A DNA stretch of 64,000 bases from an uncultured bacterium (GTDB lineage Bacteria; Acidobacteriota; HRBIN11; JAKEFK01): NCBI GenBank assembly GCA_963777505.1, contig CAVZQN010000008.1:1-64000 (forward strand), read 5' to 3'. This document shows positions 41,325-50,802 of the stretch, one piece after another. The position numbers were made by a program, and so were the translations under genes. How positions within the stretch are numbered: the stretch's first letter is position 1; every line of letters starts with the position of its first letter. The notes under the pieces were generated by a model. The model had not been told where the DNA came from. It ran no database searches and was given only the letters and a program-made list of their open reading frames with translations.

Positions 41325-42730
41325 TTAATCGCGTAAATTGCAAATTCTTGAGGAGCAAAGAGGAGTTGATTCAGTTTCGACATATTGTGATTGAAAATTT
41401 CCTGAGCTTCATTGGATGGCTCACTAAATAATCTTAATTGCTGTACCGCCGGGACCGGACTCTTGAAAAGGATTTGAGTTTTACGGAATCCGCAAGCATT
41501 CACCATAAACTCCAACGTCTCAGGATGAATCGGGGTTGAGTGAGTTAAATCACGCGAAAACACTTGAGTCAGCGCAAACACCGACGCGATGTTTACGGTT
41601 TCAAGCAGAATCGGCGCATCGGGTTTTAATCTTGAAAATGCAGCTTCGAGCAATCGAAGAAGAATTTCAGGAGGTAAATGTTCAACCACCTGGGAGCAAA
41701 AAATTCCACCCAATGAATTTTCGGGCTGTGCCAATAAGAACTTCAACAGGTCACCCTGGGAAACATCCAGCCCCAATTCTTTGCATTTCTGGACCATCAT
41801 CTGATTTGAGTCCACACCTTTTGCAGGAACTTTTGCTTCCTTCATTAATTCAAGAAATTCACCACGGCCGCATCCAAGATCCAGAACCGGCGCATTTAAT
41901 GAAGTCTGGAAGTAAGAAACATATTCACGGAACTTGTCTTTGAGCCATTCACGACTTCCACGAAAACGTTCCTCAAAAAAAAGGTATCGAGATTCTTCAG
42001 TACCTGGCGACGCCTTTCCTGCTTCTCTTGCGCTGCTCCATGCGGCTGCAACATGCTGCAAAGAACGCAATGAGGTTTCAAGAGATCGAATTGTTTTGTC
42101 GCGTTCCTGGCCATCCACTTCCTGGCTCTCCATTCGTTGATCAAGCAATTTAAACAAAGCATCCGTATGCAGACGTGCAGCTTCTTGAGTCCGGGTATGA
42201 AGCTCAAAAATTTCCTTTCCAAAACGAGAAATTTCACTTTGGAACTTATTCAAATTAACTGCGACATTTCGATCTTCAATACCGATGACTTCACGATTTT
42301 TTGTATCGACAACAGGAATGATTTTTTGGAAGTAAAGAATTAAGGTGTTATGAAAATCACGGATGGATAAAAATGCTTGACTACTTGCAGCAATGAATTC
42401 ATTCAGAATATGAACAACACGCGAATTAAATTCTTTTTGCTCGGTTACTACTGGACCGATGTAACGCGCATTTGCACTCGCAACTTCTTTCCAAAAAACA
42501 CGATCTTCACTATGAAATGCATTGAATGCTTCGCGTGAAATATCCCAGGATCGATTCAATGCTTCTTTGATTTGATCGAGTTGTTCGGAAAATTCGGTTG
42601 GCAGCGGAAAGTTGCCTCTCTGATCCAGCACGGTCAGCAGTTTTCCGTATTCCTCTTCTTCCTTTTGACGAAGGATTGTAAGCTGTTTTAGTTTTTCGTG
42701 AAGCTCATCAATTGGATCGTGTTCACTCAT
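41321..42730 (-). CDS. Coiled-coil + class I SAM methyltransferase (O-antigen chain-terminator-like)
   Basis: FEERFRGS, VLDLGCGRGEFL, QVVEHL. Confidence 0.82.
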   Translation of the reverse strand: MSEHDPIDELHEKLKQLTILRQKEEEEYGKLLTVLDQRGNFPLPTEFSEQLDQIKEALNRSWDISREAFNAFHSEDRVFWKEVASANARYIGPVVTEQKEFNSRVVHILNEFIAASSQAFLSIRDFHNTLILYFQKIIPVVDTKNREVIGIEDRNVAVNLNKFQSEISRFGKEIFELHTRTQEAARLHTDALFKLLDQRMESQEVDGQERDKTIRSLETSLRSLQHVAAAWSSAREAGKASPGTEESRYLFFEERFRGSREWLKDKFREYVSYFQTSLNAPVLDLGCGRGEFLELMKEAKVPAKGVDSNQMMVQKCKELGLDVSQGDLLKFLLAQPENSLGGIFCSQVVEHLPPEILLRLLEAAFSRLKPDAPILLETVNIASVFALTQVFSRDLTHSTPIHPETLEFMVNACGFRKTQILFKSPVPAVQQLRLFSEPSNEAQEIFNHNMSKLNQLLFAPQEFAIYAIK

Positions 42731-42768
42731 GAGACTTCCGAAAACGCAAGAATAAAAGGTGTCTGCGG

Positions 42769-42844
42769 TTTGTAACGCTGGCCTCAGGCAGGCAGAGCTC
42801 GAGCTGAATCATAGTTTGGCCGGCGGGGACGCCAGCGTTACAAA
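42769..42844. repeat. Inverted-repeat (REP-like) element
   Basis: TTTGTAACGCTGGC...GCCAGCGTTACAAA. Confidence 0.65.
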
Positions 42845-42862
42845 GCATTTTCGGGCAGTCTC

Positions 42863-43648
42863 TCATGCCGGGCGTGATATTCCTGATGAAGGAGAACTGG
42901 CGGTTGCATACAGTTTTTTCGGCATACGTCCTGCGAGATAGGCTTCACGTCCGGATTCTACAGCAAGCTTCATGGCATGCGCCATTTTCACAGGATTCGA
43001 AGCAGCAGCGATCCCTGTGTTCATTAACACTCCATCCATACCGAGTTCCATTGCAACACATGCATCGGATGCTGTACCAACTCCTGCATCAATGATCAGC
43101 GGAACTTCGGTAATTTTTTCGCGCAAGATCATCGCATTTGCCAGATTCTGAATTCCCATTCCAGAACCAATCGGAGCACCAAGAGGCATAACGGCCGCGG
43201 CTCCGGCATCAATCAGCTTACGAGCATTGATCAAATCGTCATTGGTATAAGGCAAAACCACAAAACCTTCTTTCACCAGAATTTTTGTGGCTTGCAGCAA
43301 TGCTTCATTATCAGGAAAAAGTGTCGCTTCATCTCCCAGGACTTCTAACTTCACAAGATTTGAAAGACCGGCTTCCCTGCCTAAACGTGCAATCCGGACT
43401 GCATCATCCGCAGTATAACAACCGGCAGTATTTGGAAGGATCGTAAATTTGCTTCGATCAATAAACGAAAGAAATGATTTCTCAGATTTGTCTTGAAGAT
43501 TGATCCGGCGAACTGCAACTGTAACCATCTCGGATCCAGAAGCCTCTAAAGCTTCTTTCATCGCTTCAAATGTTGAATATTTTCCAGTACCTACAATTAA
43601 CCGGGAACGATACTCTCTTCCGGCAATAATAAGTGGTTTGTCATTCAT
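42863..43648 (-). CDS. thiG: Thiazole synthase
   Basis: [31 protein letters not shown]. Confidence 0.97.
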   Translation of the reverse strand: MNDKPLIIAGREYRSRLIVGTGKYSTFEAMKEALEASGSEMVTVAVRRINLQDKSEKSFLSFIDRSKFTILPNTAGCYTADDAVRIARLGREAGLSNLVKLEVLGDEATLFPDNEALLQATKILVKEGFVVLPYTNDDLINARKLIDAGAAAVMPLGAPIGSGMGIQNLANAMILREKITEVPLIIDAGVGTASDACVAMELGMDGVLMNTGIAAASNPVKMAHAMKLAVESGREAYLAGRMPKKLYATASSPSSGISRPA

Positions 43649-43696
43649 CGTTAATCCTTAAAAATAGTGCTGAGCAATGATTGCTGAGTACTCGAA

Positions 43697-43918
43697 TCAA
43701 CCGCCACCAACAAAATGAACAATTTCAATTTGGTCGCCTTCAGCAATCGGTCGCTGTGAATAATCGGCCTTTTTCACGATTTCAAGATTTTGCTCAACCG
43801 CAACCGGCACATTTCCGATTTCAAGAATTTTCAATAAATCTGAAATCGTTGTTCCTTCAGGAAGATCCATTGGGGAGCCATTTACGAGAGCATGTAAGCT
43901 ATGAACCTGAGGGGACAA
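43697..43918 (-). CDS. thiS: Sulfur carrier protein
   Basis: C-terminal EIVHFVGGG; adjacent to thiG. Confidence 0.93.
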   Translation of the reverse strand: MSPQVHSLHALVNGSPMDLPEGTTISDLLKILEIGNVPVAVEQNLEIVKKADYSQRPIAEGDQIEIVHFVGGG

Positions 43919-44576
43919 CTTTTTTCCTTTTCTTCAGTAACTGTTTGATTTCGTCCGATCCGCTATCCGAAAAAGCCTGAACAAGCAAAGCTGCATTGCC
44001 ATCCGGAAATTCTGGAATCACAAACTCCACAATCAGGACACCATTTCTATCCGTTTTACCTTCGTATACCGTGATGGGCTTTTTCACAGTGCTGATAATT
44101 TTTACAATGATCTTCGCGCCTTTTAGCGGATGGCCTGCTGTATTATTGCTTTTTGTATAGATTGTCAGTGTACAGGGCGAACCTTCAATGTAATCCTGCG
44201 CACCCTGAATCGTCAATTGAAGACGTTCTTTTTCCTCTTCTGAGGCGAGATAATCGAGAATTACCTGATCCAGGCTCTTTTTTGAATCAATGATCCCTTC
44301 AGCTTCAAGCGGATCATAGGTTCCACCTTTGTCGTATTTTCCACCTTTAATCTCAGTAATGACCGAACGATGTTGTTCCTCGATCATCGCAATGATCTGC
44401 TTTTCGTCGTAACCTTCCTTAATTAATTCACCGTAGCTTGTGCGTCTTGCTTCGAGGATTTCGCCACCTTTATAGACAAGTGTTTCGATGACAGGGTTTC
44501 CGGACCCTTTATCCTCGGTTTGAACGTGATAAACGATACCGTTGTAATTTATATCGGTATTATGTCCCGTGATCAT
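43899..44576 (-). CDS. Conserved hypothetical protein
   Basis: MITGHNTDI...YHVQTED; 225-aa ORF in operon with thiS. Confidence 0.7.
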   Translation of the reverse strand: MITGHNTDINYNGIVYHVQTEDKGSGNPVIETLVYKGGEILEARRTSYGELIKEGYDEKQIIAMIEEQHRSVITEIKGGKYDKGGTYDPLEAEGIIDSKKSLDQVILDYLASEEEKERLQLTIQGAQDYIEGSPCTLTIYTKSNNTAGHPLKGAKIIVKIISTVKKPITVYEGKTDRNGVLIVEFVIPEFPDGNAALLVQAFSDSGSDEIKQLLKKRKKVVPSGS

Positions 44577-44814
44577 TAGGCTTTATAGGAAGGGGCTTTC
44601 AAATCGAAATTATCGTAATTCAATCCTCGAATACTGTCAACGAATCACGAGGATGAATGGAAGTCCGCAAGATTTGATTCACCACTAGGCACAAGGGACA
44701 CAATTTGGTGAAAAAGTTATTTCTAGATTGTGATCTTTGTGCCTTTGTGGTGAATAATAACAACGATGCGAGTGCAGCTTTTACGCCGAAAAGAGAATTC
44801 AGGATCTTCCACAG

Positions 44815-45805
44815 ATGCCTGAAATTCTGAAGCAATATCCTGATTTGGAGTGGATTGAAGATTATCAGACATTTCGGCGCGAAACGATGCATCGCGAAAA
44901 GCGGTGCGTGATTTTTGCGTTGAAGCGCGGGGCATGGCTGAAACCATTTCATTGTTATCACCAGAATTCTGAATTCCACTATCTCAGCCTGGATCTTGCC
45001 GAAGGCTGCAGTTTTGATTGTGTCTACTGTTATCTTCAATCGTACTTAAACAATGGAGCGTTAGTTGTTTTTGTAAATCGAGATGGGCTGGAAGAAGAAC
45101 TACAATCATTTCAAAACCAACGTATCTGGATTTCGACCGGATTGCTCACAGACAGTCTTCTTGCAGAAGAATTTAATCCGCAAATCGAATGGCTATCGCA
45201 TGTTGTGCCTGATCGAGCCGTTCTGGAATTAAGAACCAAATCGGCAAATACAAAATTTCTGGAAGATCCCAATATCCGCAGGGACAGAGTTGTCGCTGCA
45301 TGGTCGTTGAATCCAGAACCGATCGCCAGTCATTATGAGTACGGCACAGCCAGCGTTGCCGAGAGACTTGACAGCTGCAAAACATGCGGTATCGCTTGGT
45401 TACCGTGTAGCATTTCATTTCGATCCTGTTTTTTATTTCGATGGCTGGGAGGAAGCTTATAGCAACCTGATAGACGAACTACGAAGTATTGAATCTGAAC
45501 AGATTGCATTTCTATCTTTAGGATTGTTTCGATATATGCCTGATTTAGGCGCAATCATTCGCAAACGTTTTCCATACCATGAAATCTTAACTGGCGAATT
45601 TTTTCCTCAATCGGGTGGAAAGTATCATTATCTGCGAAGCATTCGAAAGGAAATGTATGGAAAATTTCAGATGTGGCTGGAACCGTGGATTACAAAAGTT
45701 CCAGTTTTCTGGTCCATGGAACCAGAGGATGCGATGATTCTCACCGCAAAGACAAAGCGGCCTTCGGCCGCAATTTCAGATTTCAGGTTTTTGATTTCGG
45801 ATTGA
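44815..45805 (+). CDS. Spore photoproduct lyase-family radical SAM protein (frameshift near 45370)
   Basis: GCSFDCVYCYLQ, ELRTKS, AWSLNP, GYRVAFHFDP. Confidence 0.8.
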
Positions 45806-46021
45806 AATTGAACGATTTTTTGATTGAAACATATGCCAATTGTCCTCCTACAGAACAGAACGAATAGGTTATCAAGAATCTAAGGCTTCCGACTTCTCTC
45901 TTTATTCTCTTGTCTGTTTGAGGAGATAACATTACGAACCTTTACCGGTAGCACAGTATTTCTGTCAATCTGCCATCAAAAATTTCAATCTGAAATCAGA
46001 GATCTCAAATCTAAAATTCTT

Positions 46022-46225
46022 TTAACGTTCTTTTTCTTCAGCGCTACTTCCAAGCGACTTTTGATCCGTCTCTTTTTTGGGCTCTTTCATTGACGACTTG
46101 AAATTTGTAATCGCTTCGCCAATCCCACGTCCCAGTTCCGGCAGCCTTCTGGCGCCGAAAATCAGGGCCGCTATTGCAAGAATCAAAATAAGCTCAGGAA
46201 TTCCGATCGGACCTACAACAGCCAT
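46022..46225 (-). CDS. tatA: Twin-arginine translocase TatA/E
   Basis: GIPELILILAIAALIFGARRLPELGRGIG. Confidence 0.93.
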   Translation of the reverse strand: MAVVGPIGIPELILILAIAALIFGARRLPELGRGIGEAITNFKSSMKEPKKETDQKSLGSSAEEKER

Positions 46226-46270
46226 TTTTCTCCTAGAATCATCGAGCGGGTCTTAGACCAGCCCTACAGG

Positions 46271-48148
46271 TCAAATAATTATACGCTCGTTTCCGCTGCG
46301 ACGGGTAACCCCTTCTCGATCAAGAAGTTCAAGCAATGGAATTGCATACTTTCGGCTCACGCCAAAACGGCTCTTAAAATCAGCAACCGAAAACGTCTTT
46401 TGCTGAGATTTCAGGTCGCGAATTTTTGATTTTAGCTCCTCCCACCTTTCTCGATGGACGAAATAATCGTCCGAAACTTTGATTACTTTTCCCTGTCGAA
46501 CCAACAAATAAGTGATTTTTGTCACATTTTCGATTTTTTTCGCGATTCTGGAAGAAAGTTCCCCGATGCCTTGAAACTCCAACCCCGCTTCATGAATCTT
46601 TTCACTCACATTTGTAGCCAACGATTCATCATCTAAACTCAAAGTTGATGCTCTGCCAAAGAGTGCAACCGTTTCCTTTTGAAGACTGACCGTTTGAGAT
46701 GTTACTGCTTGATCCAGGATCGCCTGAAAAATATCTGAGGGTACGTTTGAAAGAAAGCGGCTGCGAAGCTCTTCTTTTGGAATGCCTGGAAGCAACGGAT
46801 TTTTTTCATGGAATATTTGAAGGTTTGAGCGAATTTTTTCCAGAATCATTTTTGCTGCATTTTCAGAAATCATCAAGATCGGTGATTTTCTAAGAATTAA
46901 GACTTCGCTTTTGAGTTCACGAATCTTTTCGGCACTGAGACCCATCCGTGATTTTAGATATGGTTCTGCAGCTCCCTGTATGCCTTGTTGATCTACAATG
47001 GATTCCAGCCTTTCCAAATCATTTGCTGTTTCAAGTCTTTGCAAACGTTCAAGAGCCTTCTGATCACTCTTTCTAATTCGTCGTAATGGAAGATGATCCA
47101 GGATTGCACCGCCGCCGGCTGTGATGAGCGGACTTTGACGTCGAATGATGAATCGATCTCCATAAAATGCCGATAACGGCTTTTGCAATCTGATTTGTGC
47201 ATACGCTGATTTACCCGGCTCCAATTGATCGGTGCCAAGCAGTGTGACACGTCCCAGTGTGTCAGTCGCAAGATGATGGAAACGAACAAGACTATTGTGA
47301 GGTATTGGTTTGGCAGAATCTAATAATGTTAGTTTTACATCCAATAAGCTGGTGCTTTTTAGTAAGTCGGGCTCCGTTAAAACATCCCCGCGCACAACTT
47401 GATCTTTATCCACACCTTGCAAATTCACAGATGTGCGTTGTCCTGCAACAGCTTCAGCAACAACCTCATTATGCGCATGAACAGAACGGATCTTTGCACG
47501 AATTCCGGAAGGCAGAATTTCGGTAACGTTATCTTTCTTAAGTTTTCCTCCGATCAAAGTTCCTGTTACAACAGTTCCATGACCCTTCAGAGTGAAAATG
47601 CGATCCACAGGCAAACGGAAAATTCCATCCGCAGTTCGATTCTTCAACCGTTGCAATTCATTCAAGATTCCAGCGCGTAGATTCTCAATCCCTTCACCAG
47701 AGACTGAGCTCACAGCAAAACAGGCTGCATTTTCAAGAAAACTGTTTTTTGTGAGATCGGATATTTCCTCACGGATTAACTCTAAATCTTCAGTTTCAAC
47801 TAAATCGGATTTTGTGATTACGATAATCCCGGATTGAATATTCAAGAGTTTGCAAATATCAAAATGTTCACGGGTTTGAGGCATGACCGATTCATCCGCC
47901 GCTACAATTAGCATCAGAAGATCAACTCCTCCGATTCCGGCAAGCATATTCCGAACGAATCGTTCATGACCTGGCACATCGATGAAACTCACATCAACTC
48001 CCTGCCAATTTGCATGCGCAAATCCGAGGTCGATCGTGATCCCTCTCGCCTTTTCCTCAGGGAGACGGTCTGTATCAACGCCTGTTAATGCTTTGACGAG
48101 CGCTGTCTTACCGTGATCGATGTGCCCTGCCGTTCCAATAATCGCCAT
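46271..48148 (-). CDS. selB: Selenocysteine-specific elongation factor
   Basis: GTAGHIDHGKT, RGITIDLGFA, DVPGHERF; C-terminal SRKYAIPLLELLD; ATG at 48148. Confidence 0.95.
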   Translation of the reverse strand: MAIIGTAGHIDHGKTALVKALTGVDTDRLPEEKARGITIDLGFAHANWQGVDVSFIDVPGHERFVRNMLAGIGGVDLLMLIVAADESVMPQTREHFDICKLLNIQSGIIVITKSDLVETEDLELIREEISDLTKNSFLENAACFAVSSVSGEGIENLRAGILNELQRLKNRTADGIFRLPVDRIFTLKGHGTVVTGTLIGGKLKKDNVTEILPSGIRAKIRSVHAHNEVVAEAVAGQRTSVNLQGVDKDQVVRGDVLTEPDLLKSTSLLDVKLTLLDSAKPIPHNSLVRFHHLATDTLGRVTLLGTDQLEPGKSAYAQIRLQKPLSAFYGDRFIIRRQSPLITAGGGAILDHLPLRRIRKSDQKALERLQRLETANDLERLESIVDQQGIQGAAEPYLKSRMGLSAEKIRELKSEVLILRKSPILMISENAAKMILEKIRSNLQIFHEKNPLLPGIPKEELRSRFLSNVPSDIFQAILDQAVTSQTVSLQKETVALFGRASTLSLDDESLATNVSEKIHEAGLEFQGIGELSSRIAKKIENVTKITYLLVRQGKVIKVSDDYFVHRERWEELKSKIRDLKSQQKTFSVADFKSRFGVSRKYAIPLLELLDREGVTRRSGNERIII

Positions 48149-48160
48149 GAGATGATTATA

Positions 48161-48261
48161 GTTTGTATTAAAGGTACGCAGTTCGTACGCATTTATGCGG
48201 ACAAACAGTACCGTGAGTCTCCACGGCACTGCCTCGCATTCGCTGGCGTGCCTAACTACAA
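48161..48261. repeat. MITE/REP-like composite element (related copies 53544-53639 and 60306-60516)
   Basis: Shared arms TTTGT..TAAGG(C/T)AC.CAG and ACGGCACTGCCTCGCATTCGCT..GCGTGCCT.ACTACAA. Confidence 0.7.
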
Positions 48262-48285
48262 TCCAGCATGCTATACAATCGCCCC

Positions 48286-49446
48286 ATGGTTCTAACCGGT
48301 CTTGATGTTTTAATGCAGCGCAGCAGAGATGTGTTAAAAGGCCGAAAAATAGGTCTCGTTGCAAATCCTTCATCAGTAAATTCCAAGCTTGAATTCATTC
48401 TCGATCTTTTTACGAATGAAAAAAGCTGGGAAGTAACGACTTTATTCGGACCTGAACATGGATTGCGTGGCGAGGTTCAAGCAGAAGAATGGTCAACTGA
48501 TTTTCATGAACCAACAACAGGACTCCCTGTGTTTAGTCTTTATGGCAAACATCTCAAGCCGGAACCTGAAATGCTTCGCAATGTCGATACAATTGTTTTC
48601 GACATTCAGGATGTTGGCAGCAGGTATTACACCTTTATTTACACATTGTCATACATCATGGAAGCTTGCGCAGGAAAGGACATTGAAGTTGTTGTTCTGG
48701 ATCGTCCAAATCCAATCAATGGAAACGATGTGGAAGGTCCGGTTCTGGAAAGCCATTTTGAATCCTTCGTTGGCCGTTTTCCAATTCCGATTCGTCATGG
48801 AATGACCGTTGGAGAACTTGCGTTGCTGTTCCAAAAGGAATTTGGAATCGAGTGCAGTTTACGAATCATAAAGATGGAAGGTTGGAAACGCGACTTTTAT
48901 TTTGAAGAAACTGGTCTTCCATGGGTGCTGCCATCGCCAAATATGCCAACACCAAGCACTGCCCTTGTTTATCCGGGTATGTGTTTGTTTGAAGGAACAA
49001 ATCTTTCGGAAGGGCGTGGAACGACTCGTCCATTCGAAATTTTCGGCGCACCATGGATTGATCCGCACAAGCTTTGTAAAGCGTTAACAAATCTGTCAGG
49101 CGTTACATTCCGTCCGTTGTATTTTCAACCAACTTTTAGTAAACACAGTGGAGAGCTTTGCGGTGGAGCTCAAATCCATGTAACTGATGCGAGCAAGTAT
49201 CGGCCAGTAAAGATGGCAGTGTATATACTTAGTTTCCTTTTGAAGGAATATCCCGGGTTCTTCAAGTGGAAAGATCCGCCATATGAATTTGTAGCAGACC
49301 GTCTGCCGATTGATATTCTTTTTGGCAATTCATGGATTAGAGAATCACTTGAAAAAGGCGAAACTCCTGACGAAATCGAAAAACGATGGGAGTCAAATCT
49401 CCAAAACTTCATCAAGCTGCGGGAAAAATATCTGCTTTATATTTGA
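48286..49446 (+). CDS. namZ: Exo-beta-N-acetylmuramidase (DUF1343)
   Basis: LFGPEHG, FDIQDVGSRYYT, LDRPNP, PSPNMP, SEGRGTT. Confidence 0.88.
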   Translation: MVLTGLDVLMQRSRDVLKGRKIGLVANPSSVNSKLEFILDLFTNEKSWEVTTLFGPEHGLRGEVQAEEWSTDFHEPTTGLPVFSLYGKHLKPEPEMLRNVDTIVFDIQDVGSRYYTFIYTLSYIMEACAGKDIEVVVLDRPNPINGNDVEGPVLESHFESFVGRFPIPIRHGMTVGELALLFQKEFGIECSLRIIKMEGWKRDFYFEETGLPWVLPSPNMPTPSTALVYPGMCLFEGTNLSEGRGTTRPFEIFGAPWIDPHKLCKALTNLSGVTFRPLYFQPTFSKHSGELCGGAQIHVTDASKYRPVKMAVYILSFLLKEYPGFFKWKDPPYEFVADRLPIDILFGNSWIRESLEKGETPDEIEKRWESNLQNFIKLREKYLLYI

Positions 49447-49488
49447 AATACATGGCCATGCTCATTGTGAGGTGTACAATAAGAGCGC

Positions 49489-50271
49489 ATGAATAAAAAC
49501 ATTTTGGTGATGGCCGGGCTCGATCCCAGTGCATGCGCAGGCATGATTGTTGATCTAAAAACATTAATGGCCTGGCGTATGTATGGTGTGGGTGTTGTTA
49601 CGGCCATAACGGCTCAGAATACACAACGCGTTGAAGGCGTGTATCAGGTTCCAATGGAAGTGATCGGCTCGCAGCTTGAATCAATTGTCGCCGATATTGA
49701 AATTCATGCCGTAAAAATCGGATTGATGCCGAATGCAATGACGATTGAGCTTGTTGCAGAACTGCTTCGTACATTTAAGCTTTCGGGCATCGTTGTCGAT
49801 CCAATCTTTCGATCTTCCACTGGCTATGAATTCGCAGATGAAAAAATGATTCAGGCGTACAAAGATAAACTTTTTCCACTTGCTGAAGTCGTTACTCCAA
49901 ATCTTTATGAGGCAACAATTCTTTCAGGAATAGAGGTTCGTGATATTACAACGATGAAAGAAGCGTCTCAAAAAATTCAACAACTGGGTCCAAAAAATGT
50001 GGTGATTACTGGCGGACATCTTGAAGGCCGCGCATCGGATATTCTTTTTGATGGAATCCGTCATTCTATCTTTGATGCGCCAAGAGTAAGTTCTAACAAT
50101 AACCGAGGTCTTGGATGCACCTTTTCAACAATTATTGCCTTACATGTTGCGAAAAAAGTAAAAGTCGCAGCTGCAATCGATCCTGCAAAGAAATATCTCG
50201 CTCGCGCCATGGTTCATCCATTTAAGATTGGAACAGGCAACGGCCCGATTAATCACAATGTAGCTATATGA
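49489..50271 (+). CDS. thiD: Hydroxymethylpyrimidine/phosphomethylpyrimidine kinase
   Basis: AGLDPSACAG, TAQNT, TPNLYEA, GLGCTFS. Confidence 0.85.
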   Translation: MNKNILVMAGLDPSACAGMIVDLKTLMAWRMYGVGVVTAITAQNTQRVEGVYQVPMEVIGSQLESIVADIEIHAVKIGLMPNAMTIELVAELLRTFKLSGIVVDPIFRSSTGYEFADEKMIQAYKDKLFPLAEVVTPNLYEATILSGIEVRDITTMKEASQKIQQLGPKNVVITGGHLEGRASDILFDGIRHSIFDAPRVSSNNNRGLGCTFSTIIALHVAKKVKVAAAIDPAKKYLARAMVHPFKIGTGNGPINHNVAI

Positions 50272-50666
50272 AAATCGAATCTTTAAATCACATCGCAATG
50301 ATTGTTAAAAATGCTGCAGTCAGCGCGGAATTTTACAAACGATTCTGCGGCATGGAAACGATTCATGAGCGGAGTGACAATGACATTCATGTTCGCTGGC
50401 TTCGTGTTCCATCGCAAAAAGATGGCTTTATGATTGTGTTGCTCGAAACTCTGGGAGAGCTTTCAAGTGAGCCAGGCAACATGGACCATCTTGGATTTTA
50501 TGTAGAAAGCCGGAAAGATGTTGATGAGATTGCAGGACTCGCACGAAAAGATGGAATTTTGCTTGAAGGTCCTGAATACGCCGGCCCGATCGTTGGTTAC
50601 TATTGTATGATTCGCGATCCGGATGGTTATATGGCCGAATTTTCGTGCGAACAATTGAAAGTCTAA
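50268..50666 (+). CDS. VOC (glyoxalase) family protein
   Basis: LNHIA, DHLGF, RDPDG..EF. Confidence 0.85.
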   Translation: MKIESLNHIAMIVKNAAVSAEFYKRFCGMETIHERSDNDIHVRWLRVPSQKDGFMIVLLETLGELSSEPGNMDHLGFYVESRKDVDEIAGLARKDGILLEGPEYAGPIVGYYCMIRDPDGYMAEFSCEQLKV

Positions 50667-50673
50667 TATTGAA

Positions 50674-50800
50674 CCACAGATATACACGGATTACTATAAC
50701 CACGGATCAACACGGATGAACACGGATTTTTTCTTTTCTAGCAATTAATTATCCGTGTTCATCCGTGAAATCCGTGGTTTATTTATCAGTGTTTATCCGT
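50674..50800. repeat. Cluster of CACGGAT/ATCCGTG short repeats forming an inverted array between convergent genes
   Basis: About five CAC(G/A)GAT units followed by about four ATCCGTG-type units. Confidence 0.75.
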
Positions 50801-50802
50801 TG

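Noticed and set aside
798-45805. Programmed ribosomal frameshifting explaining split genes
   Set aside because: Breaks are numerous, fall at unrelated positions inside conserved domains and show no consistent slippery-site/stimulator pattern; sequencing indels are more parsimonious.
42863-50271. TPP riboswitch ahead of thiS/thiG or thiD
   Set aside because: No recognisable TPP aptamer core (GCUGAGA...CCUGA...) seen in the upstream intergenic regions.
50674-50800. Possible CRISPR array
   Set aside because: Units are 7-10 bp with no unique 30-40 bp spacers, the array is an inverted cluster, and no cas genes are present.
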